Assembly: GCF_964355755.1 (NCBI RefSeq)
Contig: NC_092676.1
Location: forward strand, 28,972,871-29,036,870
Direction: 5' to 3'
From: Antedon mediterranea
Lineage: Eukaryota; Animalia; Echinodermata
DNA: 64,000 nt
Position 1 is the first letter of the stretch. Each line of letters begins with the position of its first letter. A program made the position numbers and the translations under genes. The notes beneath the pieces are model-generated. The model was not told the origin of the DNA, ran no database searches, and saw only the letters and a program-made list of their open reading frames with translations. Positions 52,801 to 64,000 of this stretch are shown piece after piece.

Positions 52801-55800
52801 TTTTATAAGAAACACACATGCTAAATGGTATAATAGAAGTAATTTTAGATTTTAGTTTAAATAAATATCTAATTAGTATTATTTTATAAGTTTTACTTTC
52901 AAGAGCATTTGATATATTGAAGTGTTAAGACATGTTTGGTTTTGGATTCTTTTTCTTTTAAGGGGTGACCAATTGTCAAAAATGATTCTACTGAAGTAAT
53001 ACATTTACTCTTTAACCAGTTTATGGTTATGATAGCAAGCTACCATTAGTTATTGACTGCATCATAGACTTGTACATTGAATGTAGTTATTGAATTGAAA
53101 TATTTTATTTATACTGGGCGACCTCTTCAGTCAAAGACTGGTCTCCCAGAGGGCCCAGTTATAATCAGTGGCTGTGTGTTTACTAGTACACCAGGGTAAC
53201 CCCCTACTCGTCTCGAAAGATGTACTAGGTTCTTTAAAGTGCACATGAGCTAGATGTGTACACTGGACCTACGGTTTATAGTCCTTATCCGAGAAGACTT
53301 GTTCTACCACCAGAACCATGGAGCAAGCGAGTCTCGAACCCTTGCCGATGTTATGGCTACGTATTACGGTTCTAACCGCTCAGCCACGCACTCTATTGCA
53401 GTAGAATAATTTATGACAAGATCCCTAACAAATTTGAAATGTAATGTAAGAAGAATAATGTATTATTTTATAGAACATTGACTGCATTCTGTAATCCAGT
53501 TGGATATGTATGAAATAAAACTCTGTAGGAATGTGAACGTGGGTAACCCTTCAGGGAAAAATGTCAACTAGCAATATGGCTAATCAAACTGATTTTTGAG
53601 TCACGAAGCAGTTTTGAATTGTATTTTTTGCTACGTAATTTTAGAAATGTGTACCAATAAGATTGTTTTGTATAGCTTTTTGCTATGCTACACTGGCGAA
53701 ATTATTCCCTGCCTTTGATTAAGAAAATGTTGATATGTATTGTATAAGTAATAGAGAACATCTGAAGAAATAGTATATAACATATACATGCTAAATGAAT
53801 ACAATGTTTCACAGCAAAGTAAGCAGAAACGATTATTAGTAAACAACTGAAAAAGAGAATTGTAAATTGTAAATGATTTAGAAAGAAGTAGTAGAAGAAA
53901 GTTATTAAGATATCACACAGTTTTTAATCATATTTCATGGAAAAAATACAATATGGTTAGAAAATGAAAAATGTGATTTGTCTCTTTAAAATATAATGTA
54001 ATGTTGTAATGTTGTATTGTTGTATTGTTGTATTGTTGTAATGTTGTAATGTTGTAATGTTGTATTGTTGTGATGTTGTGATGTCGTGATGTTGTAATGT
54101 TGTAATGTTGTAATGTTGTAATGTTGTAATGTTGTAATGTTGCTGATGACAGAAGTTGAAATAATTTTTGAAATAGATAAAGAATCATAGAAATGATATG
54201 ACACATAAAATTAGTATAAAAAAATATATAACCTCTTTGGCAGAGGTAATAACAAATCTTCACTAAAATGATGAGAAATGGTGAATTTTAAACTGTTACT
54301 GAACTACCATAGTCAATGTAAAAACAAAAGACTAGTTTTTAAGGTCCTGTAATTTAATACAAAATTGAACATCCCTTTTGAATTAAAACATAAACAAACA
54401 TAAAAGTATTAGTAAAATAAAGCAAGCATAAAATATTCAATTTATTCAATATTTCCACATGTGATATGTGTACCAAAATATTGACAAAAGGCTACTTTAA
54501 TTATTGTTTCATAGGTTATAAAGAATGTGTTGACCGATTGTGATGAGAGCCAAATTAATGTTCCAGTGAAAGCACATTATCTAAACATTAAGATTTTCCC
54601 ACAGGTTCTAGTGTTTTGTTTTACATTTGTTTTCACATTTCTAAAATATTATCAAACTCTAAGAGTAATTAAAAAACTTGTTTTTAATTGACATGACTAA
54701 GTTCTTTATTATTACATTAAAAATCATAGACAAAGTTAGAGCACCAGCATGGCCACAATATCACATGACTTGAGTGGTAGCAGCGTATAATGTGAGTTTG
54801 TCTTACCAAGTCTCATTAAACTTTCAAAAGCTGGGGGAGAGGGCACGAAGAATGTCATTTAACAGAGGATATTAAAATATGCTATATGATTTAGCTATGG
54901 AATGCAAAAGATGTCATTAGAATATGAACATAACAAAAATGGTGAAATGAAAATTATGTAGTATTCGGTTTTGAGGAGTTTTAAAATGCAAGAAAATAAA
55001 TCATAAATACACATATTTTATAAGTTTAAATGATTTGTTTTCTTTAAGTTTTTTACATTAATTTATTAGTAGTTAGTTATTAGTGTTGAATTCTTCTGTG
55101 TTGCTAGTAATATAGCAGGAGATAATGCCAGGTACATGGTGAAGTAATAGAAGTTTATTATTTTATATAATATTATTATCAATATATATCATTAATATAT
55201 ATTTATATTATCTATTTTATAATAATGCATAATGTGATAATAAAGTAATGCTACCAGTTGGAACCAAATAGTGAAAGATAATGTTATAGATTGGATAAAT
55301 GTTGCAAATGTCGGTGACAAAATGGATGTTAAAACATGACCAAAACACATACCGGTGACAGCCACGCCCGCCGCAATTCCAACAGCGCCAAAGACTCCAG
55401 CTCCAGTTTGACCACCAATGGGCGCCTCATTCTCTTCAATCATCTCATATGAACTGTTATTGCCACCGTCATCTTTACTACCTTCTAATCGCAAGTTTTA
55501 TGTAAATTAGTAATGAGATATGCAAATTAGTAAATGAATAAATTAATAAAAATCAGTACCTAATCATGCATGTAATGAAATAAAACTAAATGTACTGTAA
55601 TAGGAAAATATTTCAAAAATGTATTTTTAATCAAAGATGTATGAAAATATCAAATTAGAAATTTATTATGCAAATTTATTATGCAAAATTTATGCAAATG
55701 TCAATGCCTCTTACCGTTTTCTTCAGGTACTGGGCTTCCATTTTGGTTGCGAGCTCTCCCACGCTGCCAACCTGTTCAATAAACAAAATAGATAAAAACG

Positions 55801-58800
55801 TGCTACAAAAACTGGAAAAGTTACACATATACATTAAAGTATTGCAACATTGAAAAAAGTTTGTTAAAGTAAAAATTAATCTTTGATAATGTGTTACAGT
55901 GTTGACATACATTACGGTAAATTTGAATTTTAATATTTTGACATTTTATGCCAACGGCTATGTTGTTAAACTTGATAATTGATTGAATTTGCTATAGAAC
56001 ATTATTCATTAATGTAAGATTGGATATACAGAGGAAGATATCTTAAATCAAAAAGAATATAAAGTATAGATATAACAATAAGAAAAAATCCTCACTATAT
56101 AATATCACTCAATAGTATCATCATATTCACCATATTCTTACTCGCCACTATCCCTGCTTCGTCCACTGTTAATATACTTTCCTCCTCTACCTTACATACA
56201 AACTGTCATGTCTACTACACTATTACTATTTTTTATATTTCAACCAACTTCCTTCCCAAAATTCCATTCATTTCGTATATCATTTCGAAACAACATTTCA
56301 CACATCTTCAACCTTTCAAATCTTTTACTACAGCATCTAAACCCCCTCCATATGATATTTTAAACCCTTCTCTACCACCTTCCATCTCTGTTCAACCACC
56401 ACAATTTTATGAAAGCATATTTTAGCAGTTATGAACCACAAGCCAAACACAACAAACTGACCATGGTCATTTAACTGACCACAGCCATTTTAAGGAGTCA
56501 TGCAAGAAAATAAAGTTTTTAAAAAATGTTGGACACACAACAAACCATCAAAGATGAGCACAAAAAATTCATACAAAGAATATTAAACTAAAAAAAAAGT
56601 GAAAATGACTAAATCTATAATAACCTTTTAACCACTAGCAGTAATATAAAAGAACTCTGAAAAACTATGATAGGTACAGTACCTTTGTTTTACAAGACAA
56701 CGCAGCTATTGAGTCTAAATGTTATTCTGCACATGTTCACATGTTTATGCGCATGTGCAGAATGAATTTACTATTTTGAAAGTTGTCTAGTCTAAAGGTA
56801 GCTATTTTCGGAATGGATAATTTCCAGTAATGCCTTTCTAGTGTTTAAAATGGTCAGTGTATTGTAAAACAATCTCAGATACTGCATTATCAGAATGTTG
56901 ACACCATTCAAAGTTGCGGTGCAATGTCTTTTTAAAAATGGAATGGAGATTTGTGATAATAATGCGATACATTAATATAAAAGAGTTCTTCTACATTGTG
57001 CTGCTAACAGTGCCAATACTCTATACTACAGTGACTCGTACTACAAAATAAGTACTTAAGGAAGTACTAAAGAAGATACTATGTTAAAATAATATAGTAT
57101 ACACACTCTGTAGACATAACACATTGAATGCTTGTTAGTATAATACTGTCATTACAAAATAATTTAAAACTATGATTGTATCTAAATATAATTATATAAT
57201 AATATATATGTAATTAAATAATTTCCAGATATCACTGGGTGGTTTAAAGTTTCTTTATGCCTGTAAATTTATTTATATATTAAAAAATGATATAATATAT
57301 ATTTCTTTTGGGGGTCAATGAAAAATATCTTTAAATGCTATATTTATTTTTTCATATAAAAATAGCAAAAATAACTGGTTTAAATAAACAAGTTACAAAT
57401 CAGAACATTTGGTGAACTATTTAATTTATGAGGTGCGGGGAAAAAAGTGTTATATTAGTAGATTAAAAACTAAAAATTAAATGAAATCTTCTTTTACAAC
57501 ATGCACTAGGCTTCTGTGTACAAAAGTGCAAGATTTAATCACATGACCAAGATATACAAGTCACATGGTCAGGACTTAAATAAAAAAAAATACTTTAAAC
57601 TAAAAATGCTTTTATTTAAATAAAGAATACTTCATAGCAGCAGATATACAACAAGAGGTATGACAGTAGAAAGACAAACTAAGAAATGAAAGGATCGAGA
57701 AATATGATTTTGGATGAATGATTTGCTTACTCTCTGTTCCAAAATAGCGGGCGTGCAGAGAGAAAATACAACATGATATATGAGACAAATATGATTGGTA
57801 TTTTAGAGATCATTAGATTTTACTGGACAATATCAAGCGATAATGCTCAAAAACTCAATTATACCAGAAAAGTATAATTTCACTCTTCCACGATTATTGT
57901 ACACAAACAGCCTCGTATTCAAGACTTTGCTAAGACCGTTTGGTTTCTTGATGATAACTGTTGACCTTTCTACATATATGGACTTGATGATGTCATATCA
58001 CTACCATATTTGGGCATATCACTACCATATTTGGGCACGTCACACTAAACTGGTTTGATAGTGTAGACAGCTCAAGCTACTGTATGTGTAGGCCTTATAT
58101 CATATATCATACATATAACTCCCTGATATAACTTTATTTTATAAGTAAAAATAATGCTTGACATTTCCTTATGTTCAGTTATAAGTGAGGTATCATGACT
58201 TATTCAAAAGCATGTTAATTGTTAATATTATCGGTTTCTCAAGCCATTCGCAATACAAACCTTAAACATACATCACTAACCCTGTAGTAAAGAAAATGTT
58301 GATTAAGTGATTCCTCATTGTCATGAGTGACGACTAAGTGTTGTGGCAAAATAACATATAGTTTTTATCAATTAAGATAGGAAACTTGTGTTATTTGTTT
58401 AACTGGTATTGCAACAGTTGATGTACTTTTACCAAACCCTTGATTATAATAATTTTCTAACACTACATTTGTCTTACCAAAGAGGGTCTTAAGGGATTCT
58501 CGCCCTAAAAAGGGTTGAACAGTGTGATAATGTAAGATGTACAGTACCAGTAAAACATTTCTATTTTAGCAACAGGTACTTGACTGATAAGAACTTTAAT
58601 AACTAAATATTGCCTTCCACAAACATATTTACACAGTGAACCACTAAGTACTATCTATTGAACCAGACAAATGAAAGTGAATCCCCTGTTTCACAATGGG
58701 TGCAAATGGTAATTGGTTATGAGAAAATGTGGAAAAAAATTGCCAATGATTTACATATGGGAGAGGGATAAACAAAAAACAGGGGGAGGGAAGCTAGCAA

Positions 58801-61800
58801 AAGCAACAGCATTAAGCCTCTCACCTATGGCCGCAATAAAGTTGTCCTCATTTAGACTATGAGTATTTATAGCCCCACCACCAAGACGTTTACGATAACC
58901 ACTACCACTGTACCCATACAATGACTTGTCTCTCCCATCAACAATCCCAGCATGCTTTGTGTCCTTCACCTTGGCGGGTTTAACAGGCTCCTTACCGAAG
59001 TAGTGAGTGTGGGCAATCTCAAGGAGAGCGAAGGCACTCGCCACTCCACCGGCTGCATGTACCTCATACGAATGCTCCAGGCCTGCTATGATGGCCTTAA
59101 GGACTGAAACCACTCCTTTATACACTGGTTTGGTCACTTTCTGTAACAACAAGTTTAAATACTTCACTAACCTACTAAGTTTCCAAACCCATTACAAAAT
59201 AGCCATTGTATCTTACAATAGGACACCGATTAATTTACAATTGGTAATCCTTGGCCACATGTGCCTAAAAACATATATTGAAACAAACAAATCGGAGTTA
59301 TATCTAATAAAGTTGTAGAAACAGTACTAATTTAAGATTTTGAATGGTTTTTTAATTTTAAGGTTTGTGAATAATAGCATAGAATAAATGAACCATTAAC
59401 TGGACACAGGACCAAATCTATATTAGTTCTATTTCTTCTTTTGTTCAAGAAATATGAGTCTCAGAACAAACAATTGCCCATACAGGAGGCTGAGACTTGA
59501 AGTACTTACCATATCCTCAATGTAATCCTCTGTAACTGTGTTCTCCTGTGGATAAAGCTGACTGATGACTTGTGCTCGAAGGTTCTCGTTCTGCATCAAC
59601 TTCTTAAGACGTGAGAAATTAAACCAACCGACGTTGTTTCCTTCTAAAACACCTCGTGTTATATCCTTTAGGAACATTTGACTGTCACTGTAAAAAGACA
59701 AAATTAAGTTTTAAAGCTCTGTCTACACAATCAAATTTTGTTTGACAAAAAATGTGATGTGCACATATATAGATTAATTCATATCACTACTATATTTGGG
59801 CAAATCACTACCATATTTGGGCACATCACACTTTTTTGTCAAGAAAGATAGTTAGTTAGTTTGCATGTTTCCTGGTCTCTGCCACATATGACATCATCAG
59901 TACTCACAACTAGAGTCAGCCAACATTTATTTTCACTGAAACCAAAGCATCACTCGTTCTGCAATGTCCTGACTAGGATAATACCAGATATCACTTGGTA
60001 CAATACTTTACCTGATATCACTTGGTACAATACTTTACCTGATATCACTTGGTACAATACTTTACCAGATATCACTTGGTACAATACTTTACCTGATATC
60101 ACTTGGTACAATACTTTACCAGATATCACTTGGTACAATACTTTACCAGATATCACTTGGTACAATACTTTACCTGATATCACTTGGTACAATACTTTAC
60201 CAGATATCACTTGGTACAATACTTTACCAGATATCACTTGGTACAATACTTTACCAGATATCACTTGGTACAATAATTTACCAGATATCACTTGGTACAA
60301 TACTTTATCAGATATCACTTGGTACAATACTTTACCAGATATCACTTGGTACAATACTTTACCAGATATCACTTGGTACAATACTTTACCTGATATCACT
60401 TGGTACAATACTTTACCTGATATCACTTGGTACAATACTTTACCTGATATCACTTGGTACAATACTTTACCTGATATCACTTGGTACAATACTTTACCAG
60501 ATATCACTTGGTACAATACTTTACCTGATATCACTTGGTACAATACTTTACCAGATATCACTTGGTACAATACTTTACCAGATATCACTTGGTACAATAC
60601 TTTACCAGATATCACTTGGTACAATACTTTACCTGATATCACTTGGTACAATACTTTACCAGATATCACTTGGTACAATACTTTACCAGATATCACTTGG
60701 TACAATACTTTACCTGTTTGGTCTTTCATCATTATTAATTGATTTCTTCTTTTCTTTTTCGTTTGGTTTTTTGGTCGATGAATGCTTAATTAGTGGAGAC
60801 CTTTCAACTAATGATTTCCGTGTATCTGATGAAGAACAAAATATACACAATTTAAGTTACACAGTGAAAGGTAGTTGTTTTTTATTCATTTTTTCATTCA
60901 TTCATAATGGTATATTTATTAAAATCATCTTCACAGAAAAACTGAATTGTGAAAATTTTTTACATTATTAAAAGGTACTTAAAATATTTAAAATGTTTTA
61001 AAAAGATAGCATAAAAAAGATAGCATGTTGGTCTTTGATGAATACCCTAAAACTCCTAGCATGCACTGTAAAAATGCAAGAAACATATTTTTAATTTGAA
61101 CAAATTCATGTCATTTAAAAATATGAATTTGAGAATTCTTACTAGTAGGAAATGGTGATGTTTTTTTCTTGCGAGTTGGAATTCCCATGCCTGTGCTCAT
61201 ACTAGACACGCCACTACTGCTACGATAAGGCCCCGGATCCGATGTCACGCTGGGGCTGTAGTTCACTTCTGCACCATTAGAAGATGCTGGTGATTTAGGT
61301 CGCTCATTCGAGTCCATCGCAAAGTCCATGATCCCTTGCAACAGAGATGACTTCTTTGATTTCACAGGCGATGGCGGATTTGACGAATCGCTCGATTCAG
61401 ATCGAAACAGCGCCGTCATTTTTTCTAAAACCGATGGAGATGCCGGGTCATGGCGTCCAACGTCCACCGAATGAGATTTTCCTTGTTCCCGTAGCGTTAT
61501 CTTTTTAACATTTCCGTCTGTCGGTACTTTTATCTGGTTATTATCTTCGTCAACTTGACCTGGTTGCTCTTTGATGACCTCAGACGATGTGGTAGACTTT
61601 ATGGTGCTTGTTGTGTTGTTGTCAGAATCATATTTTAAGCTGTCAATCTCAGCATCGGTGTCATTGCCCGATGGTTCAATAATTTCAACTGGTTTTTTTG
61701 GCTGTTGAAATAAATAAAATATGCATGTCAATGTACAATAGAAGACAATACATCAGTTTAGCTGATACTCTATACTAAAATGTTATCCCATAATATAACT

Positions 61801-63949
61801 ATTATAAATGTTATTGTCTATATTATTGTATAATAATGGTCAACATGCATTTAACTATACAAATAATAATATAAAAACCCTTGCTTGTTAGTACTAAAAT
61901 GCAAAACAAGATTACATCATATGTTATTTTTTAGGGCACACTCAGCCTTCTTGGTTTGATGGTTATTATGCAGATTTGCAATGGACATTTCGTATCCTTA
62001 GTTTCATAAGTACTAGATCTGCCACAGGCAGGCTTTATTTTATGATTAATATTCTGAATATGATACTATGTAAACAATACTCATCGGGGCCGGTTGGTAA
62101 GGTTTCAACCTGACCAGTATTTCACAGAGGCCTTCAACAACCCTGTTTTCTGCACAGAGGTTGTGCCCTCTTTTTGCGACTACCACACCATTTTATTTCT
62201 TGTGACTACGACACTGCTCATTAGTAAGTAATTATGTAAACAGTATTGTATTGTTATTGAATTAACAATTTAAAAGGTCAAGTTTGTGTCGTGTAGTTGA
62301 GATTACATTATTTATACAAATTATGTTAATTTGACAGATGTGCATGCAGTCATTATGCACAACAATATTCTACAGATTCAACAAAATGAAGCAGCTTTAA
62401 CATTTGACATCAGTGATGTAGCAACAAGAAATAAAGTGGTCCGGTTTTCGCAAGAAAAGGGAACAATCTCTGTTCATGCCATTTGGTTGTCAAAGGCCTC
62501 TGTGAAAAAGTGGTCACTTTAAAACCTTACCAACCATCATGGTGGCTACGACCCTGCCTCAGTTTATTAATTTAATTTAGTAAATAATTCAATTCAGATA
62601 CAGTGAAATATAACTCTATATCTCTATGCTTTAAGCCAGTATATAATGGCATTTTTCTCTGGCTAGTTACTATCACATTTTGATAGCTTAATGGAACATT
62701 TTCATTACAAAACTATGTTTCCTGCAATCTGCAAATTCAGGTCAGTAGTTATTGCTAATCAATTTTGTTTAATGAAAATATTCCATGAGTTTTCATTTAT
62801 GTATTTTTCATCTGAATAGGGATCCTATTCCTGAATATAAAATAACACAAAGAAATGAAATCCAACTACTGTATTAATACTGTGACTAAAGCTACTGTAT
62901 GCAAAACAATCAACCAACACATCATACATATTCATAATCAAATCATAAATAATGATGATACATCTAAAGCACTGTGGGAAAAATGAAACATGCAAGAAAA
63001 TGAAAGAAAAAGAACTGAAAAATGAAAGAATGAAGAAGAAAACGTTGTTGTATTCTGGACTCGGATGTTTCTTCTTTTACGTTTGGCTATTTTATCATGA
63101 CTGAATTGTTAATATCAATATTATCATTTATTTATTGTTCATTTCATTTATTTAGGATTTATCATTTAAATCATTTAAGAGATATTCCTATATATCTCTA
63201 TGGTAGAATCCTATAGTTTACAAGAATATGAATATCCAATATTGTTAATGGCTATGAGACTAGACTAGATTTTATCAATATTAAGAAGTGTACTTTTACC
63301 GTTTCTGAACAACATTTTTCTTTTAATTGATTGGCAATGAGTTGTTTTAAACATGAAAAGTATCGCTTTTAATCTTTAAGTAGCCACTTATTTTAATGAG
63401 AAAATGATAATATTCATCATGTGATATTTATTTTTAAGAAACAACATTAATTTATTTCAACATAATAATATTCATCAAATTAAAAAAAAATCACTTTGAA
63501 AAAATGTTCAACATTTAACACTTCAGAGTTCAAAGTTAAATTTCTTATTTATCCAACGTGGATTGAATAATATTGGTATAGAGTTTATCATATTCATATT
63601 TCTCTATTTATAAAGTATAAAATATTAAATGGATCTAGACTCTAGAAATATTATTCAATAATAAATTATTATATTAATATCTATAGGCTTAAATGTCATT
63701 GAAATATTAATTATTAATTAAATTCCTAAATATTATGGTTTTATTTATCATAATTTCCAAACAATTAAAAAATATAAACAAACCAACTGTAAAACGCATT
63801 GTTCCATCCTTCACCACCAAACCACCTGGACTATTCCATTAAACATAAAGGGGGAGACTTACTCTACGACAAGGATTACTAATACTGTGACAGCATACCC
63901 GCCAATTTATCTCCTCCTCATCTTCTCCGTCCGCTTCGTCGTCAGAAGA
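43859..63949 (-). CDS. MADD: MAP kinase-activating death domain protein / Rab3 GEF (AEX-3 family), 3' portion; 5' DENN region is beyond the window
   Basis: Core exons 61143-61701, 60714-60825, 59510-59687, 58825-59140, 50999-51306, 50643-50799, 49918-50103, 49199-49350, 48392-48499, 48142-48306, 47746-47821, 47340-47446, 44545-44614, 43859-44040, all phase-compatible. Motifs: [114 protein letters not shown]. Additional candidate cassette exons are listed separately. Confidence 0.95.
44171..44318. mobile_element. Small degenerate MITE in the last MADD intron
   Basis: Inverted termini tttcacacc...ggtgtgaaa with internal inverted ggtccggtgc/gcaccggacc and caaatcaaatc/gatttgatttg. Confidence 0.6.
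44951..45053. mobile_element. About 100-bp MITE-like inverted-repeat element
   Basis: tacagtggaggatcca...tggatccacccctgta termini. Confidence 0.55.
46568..46576 (-). CDS. MADD: Candidate 9-nt MADD microexon (Asp-Lys-Glu)
   Basis: Minus strand reads ttttctttttttttctcacattacaataTGCATGgcag|GACAAAGAG|gtatat. Phase 0-0, between the FSRSK and AFIEL exons. Confidence 0.7.
48573..49120. repeat. 53-bp minisatellite, about 10 copies, in a MADD intron
   Basis: Unit catgccaactctgaaccttgacatatctactagtttcactatagtaacaacaa. Confidence 0.95.
50226..50423. repeat. 69-bp tandem repeat, about 3 copies
   Basis: caggggctgagatggaccagtggaacactactattctgaaagaagcatgggtcttttaaa recurs at 50226, 50295 and about 50364. 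Confidence 0.92.
52190..52345. repeat. About 31-bp tandem repeat, about 5 copies
   Basis: Unit aaacatgtgggtaaagctcatttgcata. Confidence 0.88.
53095..53390 (-). mobile_element. tRNA-derived SINE with a Deu/Nin-domain-like core
   Basis: Minus strand has A box TGGCTGAGCGG and B box GGTTCGAGAC. The core GTGCACTTTAAAGAACC...CGAGTAGGGGGTTACCCTGGTGT resembles, from recall, the Deu/Nin SINE domain. A-rich tail. Confidence 0.8.
53995..54141. repeat. (TGTAATGT)n simple repeat
   Basis: Run of gttgtaat/gttgtatt units. Confidence 0.93.
54807..54830 (-). CDS. MADD: Candidate 24-nt MADD microexon (AFESLMRL)
   Basis: ttcttcgTGCcctctcccccag|CTTTTGAAAGTTTAATGAGACTTG|gtaaga. Phase 1-1, open frame. Confidence 0.75.
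55353..55484 (-). CDS. MADD: Candidate 132-nt MADD cassette exon
   Basis: ag|AAGGTAGTAAAGAT...GTCACCG|gtatgt. Phase 1-1, GC-rich codon-like composition, NAGNAG acceptor. Confidence 0.75.
55715..55771 (-). CDS. MADD: Candidate 57-nt MADD cassette exon ([19 protein letters not shown])
   Basis: ttttgtttattgaacag|GTTGGCAG...GAAAACG|gtaaga. Phase 1-1, open frame. Confidence 0.75.
58478..58504 (-). CDS. MADD: Candidate 27-nt MADD microexon (GRESLKTLF)
   Basis: ccctttttag|GGCGAGAATCCCTTAAGACCCTCTTTG|gtaaga. Phase 1-1, open frame. Confidence 0.75.
59983..60713. repeat. 27-bp minisatellite, about 27 copies, starting at a MADD 5' splice site
   Basis: Unit tacc(t/a)gatatcacttggtacaatactt. It produces the spurious 293-aa and 260-aa ORFs. 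Confidence 0.97.
62085..62555. mobile_element. Degenerate DNA transposon remnant with inverted repeats of about 50 bp
   Basis: 62092-62142 ggttggtaaggttt...ttcacagaggcctt...caacc is the reverse complement of about 62485-62535. The right terminus reads CAGGGTCGTAGCCA on the minus strand. Confidence 0.6.
63899..63949 (-). CDS. MADD: Candidate 51-nt MADD exon ([17 protein letters not shown])
   Basis: ctactttctaattggctcag|TCTTCTGAC...TGGCGG|gtatgc. Phase 0-0, matching the phase-0 acceptor at 61701. Confidence 0.65.
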
Positions 63950-64000
63950 CTGAGCCAATTAGAAAGTAGGCGATAGAAAGAATGGGCAAGAGTTCAAAGG

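Noticed and set aside
58275-58300. Acceptor-1 nt-donor motifs (ctacag|G|gttagt; also gtcag|A|gtaggt near 51790)
   Set aside because: One-nucleotide exons would shift the frame, and such motifs can arise by chance. Not supportable without reads.
59861-60742. 293-aa and 260-aa ORFs on opposite strands
   Set aside because: Both are translations of the 27-bp intronic tandem repeat. The true MADD frame hits a stop at the first unit.
62531-62553. 23-nt AG...GTAAGG exon-like unit
   Set aside because: Not a multiple of 3, no pyrimidine tract, and it coincides with a transposon terminal repeat.

Overview
AT-rich, intron-rich animal genomic DNA, probably a marine invertebrate deuterostome (inferred from an Isx-like homeobox, a Deu/Nin-type SINE and the intron patterns). 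It is not prokaryotic, and most ORFs in the six-frame track are exon fragments or repeat artefacts. All genes are on the minus strand. Left to right: (1) the first two exons of an ammonium transporter (Amt copy A, which runs off the left edge); (2) an Isx-like PRD-class homeobox gene (copy A); (3) a complete 11-exon Amt gene (copy B, 555 aa); (4) a second Isx-like gene (copy B); (5) a complete 22-exon AP-2 alpha-adaptin gene (955 aa); (6) the 3' half of MADD/Rab3-GEF. The Amt-Isx block is a tandem duplication (1-6071 matches 11489-18707) with mosaic divergence and copy-specific insertions, including a 1.14-kb near-perfect foldback transposon. MADD introns hold a series of frame-preserving candidate mini/microexons (3, 3, 9, 24, 27, 51, 57 and 132 nt) that the ORF track misses or does not resolve. 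The window also has many MITEs, tRNA-derived SINEs and intronic minisatellites, several of which start exactly at splice sites or at the stop codon. I see no wholly new gene system. The best leads are the duplicated Amt-Isx module and the MADD microexon cassette array. Exon boundaries were read by eye from GT-AG signals and frame continuity, not from RNA data.
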